From: Nemertoderma westbladi
Taxonomy: Eukaryota > Animalia > Xenacoelomorpha
NCBI GenBank assembly: GCA_032718475.1
Contig: JAUCBJ010008809.1
Location: forward strand, 1 to 64,000
DNA length: 64,000 bases
Reading direction: 5' to 3'
The position numbers were made by a program, and so were the translations under genes. Under the pieces are notes generated by a model. It was not told the DNA's origin and made no database searches. It saw nothing but the letters and a program-made list of their open reading frames with translations. The stretch's first letter is position 1, and the number at the start of each line of letters is the position of its first letter. Positions 24,601-36,600 of the stretch are shown in pieces.

Positions 24601-27600
24601 ATTAATCGACTACTTTAGTTAACTAAACAACAGGATATTTTCTACAGATTCGAACACTTCAACCAGATGGATTTGTGTTGGGACTGTGGAATATTACAAA
24701 CGGGAATGGTGATTTTTTCGTCATCTATTTGAAGGGAGGGCTACTTTTTCTTCGCTTTAATTTGGGTGGTCGGAACGACAATATTGCCTCTACCAGATAT
24801 CCTGTAAGTCTTTGATAATTTAATGCCTTTTGATATGATATGAGTCATCCCTTTTTGATATGATGAGTCCTGCTGTTTCGTCTGATAGGATTCATGCCTT
24901 TTTATATGATATGAGTCATGCCTTTTGATATGACATGAGCCCTGCCTTTTGATATGATGATTAGTCATGTCTTTTGATATGATATGAATCATGCCTTTTG
25001 ATATAATATTAGTCATGCCTTTTGATATGATATGAATCATGCCTTTTGATATGATATGAGTCATCATGCATTTTGATCTGATATGAGTTTTGCCATTTGA
25101 TATAATATGAGTCATGCCTTTTGATATAATATGAGTCATGCCTTTTGATATGATATGAGTCATCCCTTTTTGATATGATGAGTCCTGCTGTTTCGTCTGA
25201 TAGGATTCATGCCTTTTGATATGATATGAGTCATGCCTTTTGATATGATATGAGTCTTGCCTTTTGATATGATATGTGTCATGCCTTTTGATCTGATATG
25301 AGTTTTGCCTTTTGATATAATATGAGTCATGCCTTTTGATATGATATGAGTCATGCCTTTTGATATGATATGAGTCCTGCTGTTTCGTCTGATAGGAGTC
25401 ATGCCTTTTGATCTGATATGAGTCATGCCCTTTCTTCTGATATGAGTCATGCCTTTTGATATGATATGAGTCATGCCTTTTGATATGATATGAGTCTTGC
25501 CTTTTGATATGATATGTGTCATGCCTTTTGATCTGATATGAGTTTTGCCTTTTGATATAATATGAGTCATGCCTTTTGATACGATATGAGTATTGCCATT
25601 TGATATAATATGAGTCATGGGTTTTGATATGATATGAGTTTTGCCTTTTGATATGATATGAGTTTTGCCTTTTGATATAATATGAGTCATGCCATTTGAT
25701 ATAATATGAGTTTTGCCTTTTGATATACTATATAAGAGTCATGCCTTTTCGTGAGTCATGCCTTTGATCTGATATGAGTCCTGCTTTTTGATATGATATG
25801 AATCATGCTTTTTGATATGATATGAATCATGCCTTTTGATATGATATGAATCGTGCCTTTTGATATGATATGAGTCATGCCTTTTGATCTGATGAGTCTT
25901 GCCTTTTGATATGATATGAACCATGCCTTTTGATCTGATGAGTCTTGCCTTTTGATATGATATGAATCATGCCTTTTCATATGATATGAATCATGACTTT
26001 TGATATTATGTGAATCATGCCTTTTGATATGATATGAGTCATGCCTTTTGATCTGATGAGTCTTGCCTTTTGATATGATATTACTCATGCCTTATCATAT
26101 GATATGAATCATGCTTTTTGATATGATATGAATCATGCCTTTTGATATGATATTAATCGTGCCTTTTGATATGATATGAGTCATGCCTTTTGATCTGATG
26201 AATCTTGCCTTTTGATATGATATGACCCAAGCCTTTTTGATCTGATGAGTCTTGCCTTTTGATATGATATATGAATCATGCCCTTTCATATGATATGAAT
26301 CATGCCTTTTGATCTGATGAGTCATGCCTTTTGATATAATATGAGTCATGCCTTTTGATATAATATGAGTCATGCCTTTTGATATAATATGAGTCATGCC
26401 TTTTGATCCGATATGAATAATGCCTTTTGATATGATATGAATCATGCCTTTTGATCTGATGTGAGTCTTGTCTTTTGATCTGAAATTAAATAAATAAATT
26501 TGAGTTGAGCTGTTAATGCAACTGTAATTAAAGATGTAATATTAGGGTTTTGTTCAGAAATGGAAAAAATGAGAAAGCGCGTCACCGGGGGTTGTTCCAG
26601 CGCTATACGTACGTTTCAGCCTATCAGACCTCATCAGTAGCGCTAACCCGTTCAGCCACTTGTACCTGACATTCACTATCCCACCAGATCCACTTCTATT
26701 GAACAGGCAGCCTTAAGTTGCATATATTCTATCTCTAACAGCGGACCTACCGGCCTCAAGTATGTTAGAGTGTAACAGGAGGAAAGTACAAATAAATAAA
26801 TATTCAGCTCGAGTATTGCTGCCAGGTGATATTAAATAAATAAATTAGAGTTGAGCTGTTAATGCAACTGTAATTAAAGATGTAATATTATGGTTTTGTT
26901 CAGAAATGGAAAAAATGAAAAAGCGCGTCACCGGGGGTTGAACCAGCGCTATACGTACGTTTCAGCCTATCAGGCCTCATCAGTAGCGCTAACCACTTCA
27001 GCCACTTGTCCCTGACATTCACTATCCCACCTTATTTTACACAAAAAAAAATATATTACAACAATTAAAACACATTACAACTTACCTTGCACATTTATTT
27101 ATTTAATATCGCCTGGCAGCAATACTCGAGCTGAATATTTATTTATTTGTACTTTCCTCCTGTTACACTCTAACATACTTGAGGCCGGTAGGTCCGCTGT
27201 TAGAGATAGAATATATGCAACTTAAGACTGCCTGTTCAATAGAAGTGGCTTAGGTGGGATAGTGAATGTCAGGGACAAGTGGCTGAACTGGTTAGCGCTT
27301 CTGATGAGGCCTGATAGGCTGAAACGTACGTATAGCGCTGGTTCAACCCCCGGTGACGCGCTTTCTCATTTTTTCCATTTCTGAACAAAACCCTAATATT
27401 AGATCTGAAATTAGTCATGCCATTTCGTTTGAAATGAGTCATACATTTCCTTTTGACATGACATTTTGTCTGATATGAAACAAAGCCTTTATTTGAAAAA
27501 ACATTAGAAGATTATTATTTACATCAATGATTGGGTGGAAAGCCTTACGTCAATAAATCACAAATCGGATTCATTTCAATTCGACTATTACTTGTTGTTC

Positions 27601-30600
27601 ACTAATAGTAGTATCGTTGTTGCTCTTTGGAAAAGCTATGATCAGATGATCAGATCAAAAGCTATGATCTCTATTGAATTAAGAGAAAAGGCAGAGACGT
27701 TTCCCCAATTGATTAGTAATTGTAAGTTATAAAATTGTAATTTTTAGGATCAGTTAAATTTTCCTTCGTTGGCCTACACTAAATGTATATGACATATCGA
27801 AAAGTTAGCTAATCAGTAAGCAACTAAACTTTTGCTCTGTGTAATGTTTTTAGCACTCGTGTCGTGTCAACTATATAGCCCAATTTCCTCTCATTCAAAG
27901 TAAATCTACACGAACGGGCGATGGCATTTGCTCTTTGTTATTCAATATTCATAGATTGGTCTTAACGCTGATGTAATAGTCCTACTATTATATTAGTACT
28001 TATCTGTTACAGATAAACAACGGGAGTGACGTCACTGTTTCGGCTTCACGATCTTCAAAGTTGACGAAACTATTTGTTGGAGGTACAGTGGAATGGTACA
28101 AGGATATGAGCAACGAAACAATGAATCAGTTAAATGTCCCCCCTCTGTGAGTCAGCCAGAACCCCCCTCCCTGAGCCACCCCCCTCCCCCCCATCTGTAT
28201 GTCAGGCAGAACGTCCCCCCCTCTGTGAGTCAGGCAGAACGCTACCCCCTCTCCATTTGTATGTCAGCCAGAACGACAGAACATTCCCTCCTCTGCGAGT
28301 CAGGCAGAACGTCCCATCCTCTGTGAGTCAGACGGAACGTTCCCTCCTCTGTGAGTCAGGCAGAGCGTTCCCTCCTCTGTGAGTCAGACAGAATGTTCCC
28401 TTCCTCTGTGAGTCAGACAGAACGTTCCCTCCTCTGTGATTCAGACAGAACGTTCCCTCCTCTGTGAGTCAGACAGAACGTTCCCTCTTCAGTGATTCAG
28501 GCAGAACGTTTCCTCCTCTGTGAGTCAGACAAAACTTTCCCTCCTCTGTGAGTCAGACAGAACGTTCTCTCCTCTGTGAGTCAGACAGAACATTTCCTCT
28601 TCAGTGATTCATGCAAAACGTTCCCTCCTTAGTGAGTCAAGCAGAACGTTCCCTCCTCTGTGAGTCAGCCAGAACGCTACCCCCCTCCATTTGTATGTCA
28701 GCCAAAACGACAGAACGTTCCATCCTCTGCGAGTCAGGCAGAACGTCCCATCCTTTGTGAGTCAGACGGAACGTTCCCTCCTCTGTGAGTCAGGCAGAAC
28801 GTTCCCTCCTCTGTGGGTCAGACAGAATGTTCCCTCCTCTGTGAGTCAGACTGAACGTTCCCTCCTCTGTGAGTCATGCAGTACGTACCCTCCTCTGTGA
28901 GTCAGGCAGAACGTTTCCTTCTCTATGAGTCAGGCAGAACGTTCCCTCCTCTCTGAGTTAGGCAGAACGTTCCCTACTATGTGAGTTAGGCAGAACGTTC
29001 CATCCTCTGTGAGTCAGACAGAACGTTCCCTCCTCTGTGAGTCAAACAGAACGTTCCCTCCTCTGTGAATCAGACAGAACGTTCCCTCATCTGTGAGTCA
29101 GACAGAACGTTCCCTCTTCTGTGAGTCAGACAGAATGTTCCCTCCTCTGTTAGTCAGACATAACTTTCCCAGCTCTGTGAGTCAGGCAGAACGTTTCATT
29201 CTCTATGAGTCAGGCAGAACGTTCCCTACTCTCTGAGTCAGGCACTCCTTTGTGAGTCAGACAGAACGTTCCCTCCTCTCTGAGTCAGGCAGGCAGAACG
29301 TACCCTTCTCTGTGAGTCAGGCAGAACGTTTCCTTCTCTGTGAGTCAGGCAGAACGTTCCCTCCTCTCTGAGTCAGGCACTCCTGTGTGAGTTAGACAGA
29401 ACGTTCCCTCCCCTGTGAGTCGGACAGAACGTTTCCTTCTCTGTGAGTCTGGCAGAACGTTCCCTCCTCTGTGAGTCAGGCAGAGCGTTCCTTCCTCTGT
29501 GAATCAGGCAGAACGTTCCCTCCTCTGTGAGTCAGTCAAAACGTCCCAGCCTCAGTGAGTCAGGCAGAACGTCCCATCCTCAGTGAGTCAGACAGAATGT
29601 TCCCTCCTCTGTGAGTCAAACAAAACGTTCCCTCCTCTGTGAGTCAGACAGATCGTTCCCTCCTCTATGAGTCAGGCACAACGTTCCCTCCTCTGTGAGT
29701 CAGACAGAACGTTCCCTCCTCTGTGAGTCAGGCAGAACGTTTCCTTCTCTGTGAGTCTGGCAGAACGTTCCCTCCTCTGTGAGTCAGGCAGAGCGTTCCT
29801 TCCTCTGTGAATCAGGCAGAACGTTCCCTCCTCTGTGAGTCAGTCAAAACGTCCCAGCCTCAGTTAGTCAGGCAGAACGTCCCATCCTCAGTGAGTCATA
29901 CAGAATGTTCCCTCCTCTGTGAGTCGGACAGAACGTTCCCTCCTTTGTGAGTCAGACAGAACGTTCCTTCATCTGTGAGTCAGATAGAACGTTCCCACCT
30001 CTGTGAGTCAGATAGAACTTTCCCTCCTCTGTGAGTCAGACAGAACGTTCCCTCCTCTGTGAGTCAGACAGAACGTTCCCTCCTCTGTGATTCAGACAGA
30101 ACGTTCCCTCTTCTGTGAGTCAGACAGAACGTTCCCTCCTCTGTGGGTCAGACAGAATGTCCCCTCCTCTGTGAGTCAGTCAAAACTTTCCCTCCTCTGT
30201 GAGTCAGGCAGAACGTTTCCTCATCTGTGAGTCAGAGAGGACTTCCCTCCTCTGTGAGTCAGACAGAACGTTCCCTCCTCAGTGAGTCAGACCGAACGTT
30301 CCCTCCTCTGTGAGTCAGACAGAACATTCCCTCCTGTGAGTCAGACAGAACGTTTCCGCCTCTGTGAGTCATGCAGAACGTTCCCTCCTCTGTGAGTCAG
30401 GCAGAACGTTCCCTCCTCTGTGAGTCAAACAGAACGTTCCCTCCTCTGTGAATCAGACAGAACGTTCCCTCCTCTGTGAGTCAGACAGAACGTTCCCTCC
30501 TCTGTGAGTCAGACAGAACGTTCCCTCCTCTGTGAGTCAGACAGAACGTTCCCTTCTCTCTGAGGAAGACAGAACGTTCCCTCCTCTATGAGTCAGGCAG

Positions 30601-33600
30601 AACGCTCCCTCCTCTGTAGTCAGACAGAACATTCCTTCCTCTCTGATTCAGACAGAACGTTCCCTCATCTATGAGTCAGGCAGAACGTTCCCTCCTCTGT
30701 GCATCAGGCAGAACGTTCCCTCCTCTGTGAGTTAGACAGAACGTTCTCTCCTGTGTGAGTCAGGAGTGTGTCCTCCTCTGTGAGTTAGGCAGAACCTTCC
30801 CTCCTCTGTGAGTCAGACAGAACGTTCCCTTCTCTGTGAGTCAAACAGAACGTTCCCTCCTCTGTGAGTTAGGCAGAACGTTCCCTCCTCTGTGAGTCAG
30901 GCAGAACGTTCCCTCATCTGTGAGTCAGGCAGAACGTTCCCTCCTCTGTGAGTCAGACAGAACGTTCCCTCCTCTGTGAGTCAAACAGAACGTTCCCTCC
31001 TCTGTGAATCAGACAGAACGTTCCCTCATCTGTGAGTCAGACAGAACGTTCCCTCTTCTGTGAGTCAGACAGAATGTTCCCTCCTCTGTTAGTCAGACAG
31101 AACTTTCCCTGCTCTGTGAGTCAGACAGAACGTTCCCTCCTCTGTGAGTCAGACAGAACGTTCCCTCCTCTGTGAGTCAGACAGAACGTTCCCTCCTCTC
31201 TGAGTCAGACAGAACGTTCCCTCCTCTATGTGTCAGGCAGAACGCTCCCTCCTCTGTAGTCAGACAGAACATTCATTCCTCTCTGATTCAGACAGAACGT
31301 TCCCTCATCTATGAGTCAGGCAGAACGTTCCCTCCTCTGTGCGTCAGGCAGAACGTTCCCTCCTCTGTGAGTCAGACAGAACGTTCTCTCCTGTGTGAGT
31401 CAGGAGTGTGTCCTCCTCTGTGAGTTAGGCAGAACCTTCCCTCCTCTGTGAGTCAAACAGAACGTTCCCTTCTCTGTGAGTCAAACAGAACGTTCCCTCC
31501 TCTGTGAGTTAGGCAGAACGTTCCCTCCTCTGTGAGACAGGCAGAACGTTCCCTCATCTGTGCGTCAGGCAGAACGTTCCCTCCTCTGTGAGTCAGGCAG
31601 AACGTTCCCTCCTCTGTGAGTCAAACAGAACGTTCCCTCCTCAATAAGTCAGACAGAACGTTCCCTCCTCTGTGAGTCAGGCAGAACGTTTCCTCCTCTG
31701 TGAGGCAAACAGAACGTCCCCTCCTCTGTGAGTTTGAGTTATGCTGAGTGATGATCTCCAACTGTTGTGTGTCAGACTGTGCATTCCATGTCTGTACATC
31801 TGTCATATCATCCCCCACCTTTAACTCAGACTGAACTTCACTCCTTTGTAAGCCAGGCTGAAATTTACTTATCTGTGAATCAAATTGACCAGATGAGAAT
31901 AGCACTGGCCTTCAAATACAAAATTGACAGTTCGAGTTGCGCTCTTAAAGTCTAAGAAACCCGAATCTTTTCAAATACTATGACGGACTACCACGACAGT
32001 AAAAAATATATATTTCTATAGATTACATATTGGTGGAATGGGAGTAAATGGTACAACCCTCGCTGTTGGTAATGACACATCTAGAAATGGATTTATTGGA
32101 TGTTTATCGAATATACAGGTTAGTGTGTTGGATTGGTGTTTATCGAATATACAGGTTAGTGTGTTGGATTGGTGTTTATCGAATATACAGGTTAGTGTGT
32201 TGGATTGGTGTTTATCGAATATACAGGTTAGTGTGTTGGATTGGTGTTTATCGAATATACAGGTTAGTGTGTTGGATTGGTGTTTATCGAATATACAGGT
32301 TAGAGTGTTGGATTGGTGTTTATCGAATATACAGGTTAGTGTGTTGGATTGGTGTTTATCGAATATACAGGTTAGTGTGTTGGATTGGTGTTTATCGAAT
32401 ATACAGGTCAGTGTGTTGGATTGGTGTTTATCGAATATACAGGTTAGAGTGTTGGATTGGTGTTTATCGAATATACAGGTTAGTGTGTTGGATTGGTGTT
32501 TATCGAAGATACAGGTTAGTGTTATTGCATTGGTGTTTATCGAATATACAGGTTAGTGTGTTGGATTGGTGTTTATCGAATATACAGGTTAGTGTGTTGG
32601 ATTGGTGTTTATCGAATATACAGGTTAGTGTGTTGGATTGGTGTTTATCGAATATACAAGTTAGAGTGTTGGATTGGTGTTTATCGAATATACAGGTTAG
32701 TGTGTTGGATTGGTGTTTATCGATTATAGAGGTTATTGTGTTGGATTGGTGTTTATCGAATATACAGGTTAGAGTGTTGGATTGGTGTTTATCGAATATA
32801 GAGGTTATTGTGTTGGATTGGTGTTTATCGAATATACAGGTTAGTGTGTTGGATTGGTGTTTATCGAATATACAGGTTAGTGTGTTGGATTGGTGTTTAT
32901 CGAATATACAGGTTAGTGTGTTGGATTGGTGTTTATCGAAGATACAGGTTAGTGTGTTGGATTGGTGTTTATCGAATATACAGGTTAGTGTGTTGGATTG
33001 GTGTTTATCGAATATACAGGTTAGTGTGTTGGATTGGTGTTTATCGAATATACAGGTTAGTGTGTTGGATTGGTGTTTATCGAATATACAGGTTATTGTG
33101 TTGGATTGGTGTTTATCGAATATACAGGTTAGTGTGTTGGATTGGTGTTTATCGAATATACAGGTTAGTGTGTTGGATTGGTGTTTATCGAATATACAGG
33201 TTAGTGTGTTGGATTGGTGTTTATCGAAGATACAGGTTAGTGTGTTGGATTGGTGTTTATCGAATATACAGGTTAGTGTGTTGGATTGGTGTTTATCGAA
33301 TATACAGTTTAGTATGTTGGATTGGTGTTTATCGAATATACAGGTTAGTGTGTTGGATTGGTGTTTATCGAATATACAGGTTAGTGTGTTGGATTGGTGT
33401 TTATCGAATATACAGGTTAGTGTGTTGGATTGGTGTTTATCGAATAAACAGGTTAGTGTGTTGGATTGGTGTTTATCGAATATACAGGTTGGAGTGTTGG
33501 ATTGGTGTTTATCGAATATACAGGTTAGTGTGTTGGATTGGTGTTTATCGAATATACAGGTTGGAGTGTTGGATTGGTGTTTATCGAATATACAGGTTGG

Positions 33601-36600
33601 TGTGATGGATTGGTGTTTATCGAATATACAGGTTAGTGTGTTGGATTGGTGTTTATCGAATATACAGGTTAGTGTGTTGGATTGGTGTTTATCGAATATA
33701 CAGGTTGGAGTGTTGGATTGGTGTTTATCGAATATACAGGTTAGTGTGTTGGATTGGTGTTTATCGAATATACAGGTTGGAGTGTTGGATTGGTGTTTAT
33801 CGAATATACAGGTTAGTGTGTTGGATTGGTGTTTATCGAATATACAGGTTAGTGTGTTGGATTGGTGTTTATCGAATATACAGGTTAGTGTGTTGGATTG
33901 GTGTTTATCGAATATACAGGTTAGTGTGTTGGATTGGTGTTTATCGAATATACAGGTTAGTGTGTTGGATTGGTGTTTATCGAATATACAGGTTAGTGTG
34001 TTGGATTGGTGTTTATCGAATATACAGTTTAGTATGTTGGATTGGTGTTTATCGAATATACAGGTTGGAGTGTTGGATTGGTGTTTATCGAATATACAGG
34101 TTATTGTGTTGGATTGGTGTTTATCGAATATAGAGGTTATTGTGTTGGATTGGTGTTTATCGAATATACAGGTTAGAGTGTTGGATTGGTGTTTATCGAA
34201 TATACAGGTTAGTGTGTTGGATTGGTGTTTATCGAATATACAGTTTAGTGTGTTGGATTGGTGTTTATCGAATATACAGGTTAGAGTGTTGGATTGGTGT
34301 TTATCGAATATACAGGTTATTTGTGTTGGATTGGTGTTTATCGAATATAGAGGTTATTGTGTTGGATTGGTGTTTATCGAATATACAGGTTAGAGTGTTG
34401 GATTGGTGTTTATCGAATATACAGGTTATTGTGTTGGATTGGTGTTTATCGAATATAGAGGTTATTGTGTTGGATTGGTGTTTATCGAATATACAGGTTA
34501 GTGTGTTGGATTGGTGTTTATCGAATATACAGGTTAGTGTGTTGGATTGGTGTTTATCGAATATACAGGTTATTGTGTTGGATTGGTGTTTATCGAATAT
34601 AGAGGTTATTGTGTTGGATTGGTGTTTATCAAATATACAGGTTAGAGTGTTGGATTGGTGTTTATCGAATATACAGGTTATTGTGTTGGATTGGTGTTTA
34701 TCGAATATAGAGGTTATTGTGTTGGATTGGTGTTTATCGAATATACAGGTTAGTGTGTTGGATTGGTGTTTATCGAATATACAGGTTAGTGTGTTGGATT
34801 GGTGTTTATCGAATATACAGGTTATTGTGTTGGATTGGTGTTTATCGAATATAGAGGTTATTGTGTTGGATTGGTGTTTATCGAATATACAGGTTAGTGT
34901 GTTGGATTGGTGTTTATCGAATATACAGGTTAGTGTGTTGGATTGGTGTTTATCGAATATACAGGTTAGTGTGTTGGATTGGTGTTTATCGAATATACAG
35001 TTTAGTGTGTTGGATTGGTGTTTATCGAATATACAGGTTAGTGTGTTGGATTGGTGTTTATCGAATATACAGTTTAGTGTGTTGGATTGGTGTTTATCGA
35101 ATATACAGGTTAGTGTGTTGGATTGGTGTTTATCGAACATACAGGTTAGTGTGTTGGATTGGTGTTTATCGAATATACAGGTTAGTGTGTTGGATTGGTG
35201 TTTATCGAATATACAGGTTAGTGTGTTGGATTGGTGTTTATCGAATATACAGGTTAGTGTGTTGGATTGGTGTTTATCGAATATACAGGTTAGTGTGTTG
35301 GATTGGTGTTTATCGAATATAGAGGTTATTGTGTTGGATTGGTGTTTATCGAATATACAGGTTAGTGTGTTGGATTGGTGTTTATCGAATATACAGGTTA
35401 GTGTGTTGGATTGGTGTTTATCGAATATACAGGTTAGTGTGTTGGATTGGTGTTTATCGAATATACAGTTTAGTGTGTTGGATTGGTGTTTATCGAATAT
35501 ACAGGTTAGTGTGTTGGATTGGTGTTTATCGAATATACAGGTTAGTGTGTTGGATTGGTGTTTATCGAACATACAGGTTAGTGTGTTGGATTGGTGTTTA
35601 TCGAATATACAGGTTAGTGTGTTGGATTGGTGTTTATCGAATATACAGGTTAGTGTGTTGGATTGGTGTTTATCGAATATACAGGTTAGTGTGTTGGATT
35701 GGTGTTTATCGAATATACAGGTTAGTGTGTTGGATTGGTGTTTATCGAATATAGAGGTTATTGTGTTGGATTGGTGTTTATCGAATATACAGGTTAGTGT
35801 GTTGGATTGGTGTTTATCGAATATACAGGTTAGTGTGTTGGATTGGTGTTTATCGAATATACAGGTTAGTGTGTTGGATTGGTGTTTATCGAATATACAG
35901 TTTAGTGTGTTGGATTGGTGTTTATCGAATATACAGGTTAGTGTGTTGGATTGGTGTTTATCGAATATACAGTTTAGTGTGTTGGATTGGTGTTTATCGA
36001 ATATACAGGTTAGTGTGTTGGATTGGTGTTTATCGAATATACAGGTTAGTGTGTTGGATTGGTGTTTATCGAATATACAGGTTAGTGTGTTGGATTGGTG
36101 TTTATCGAACATACAGGTTAGTGTGTTGGATTCGTGTTTATCACCAAAGCGGGTATCTTCTGTGTTGGTGAGCTTCCCTGTCAAGGTAAGTTGTAAATTA
36201 GATACAAAAGATTATTTTGCTCCCTCACATAATAATAAATACATAATCTTTGCTTCAATTATATTAGATTAATCAATTTTGGAAGAATTATTACCTTGAT
36301 ATAACGGAGCCGCATTCATCTCAATTGGAAAATGTTGATTTAAACTGCGACAACTGCAATAGAGATCTTACTAAGGTTTGTTATTTTGTTAATAAATTGT
36401 TATTAATATTGTTTAGAGATATTCTTTCAGCCCGGAGAACTGGCAGAACGGTGTTCTTATCCTCAACTACGTTCTCAACAATGAGGAACGCCTCTCGTTG
36501 AACCTGAAACCCCGGAACAGGGACAATGGCCGATCTGGTGGGGTCGAGGTAATCAATCATCCCGGTGGAAGCGGACCCATCAGGCCAATCCTACGCTACC

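Larger units (their letters stand above)
26489..27401 (-). mobile_element. Retrozyme / Penelope-like non-coding retroelement: ~1.6 tandem 346-bp units plus an inverted partial unit
   Basis: Direct repeat with period 346 (26485 vs 26831) and an inverted copy at ~27093-27400. It has a 12-bp TSD GATCTGAAATTA (26477-26488, 27402-27413) and one hammerhead per unit. Confidence 0.82.

Noticed and set aside
27854-27975. [11 protein letters not shown] looked like an LG NDGxWH exon
   Set aside because: That frame is bracketed by stops (TAA 27901, TAG ~27952) and has no in-phase acceptor; the exon at 28013 fits instead.
13169-36142. Regular 28-55-bp repeats resembling CRISPR arrays
   Set aside because: They are head-to-tail units with no unique spacers and no cas genes, inside spliceosomal introns.
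32048-36272. Long ORFs of 627-781 aa
   Set aside because: These are by-products of the stop-free 36-bp unit on both strands; only 32022-32118 is a supported exon.
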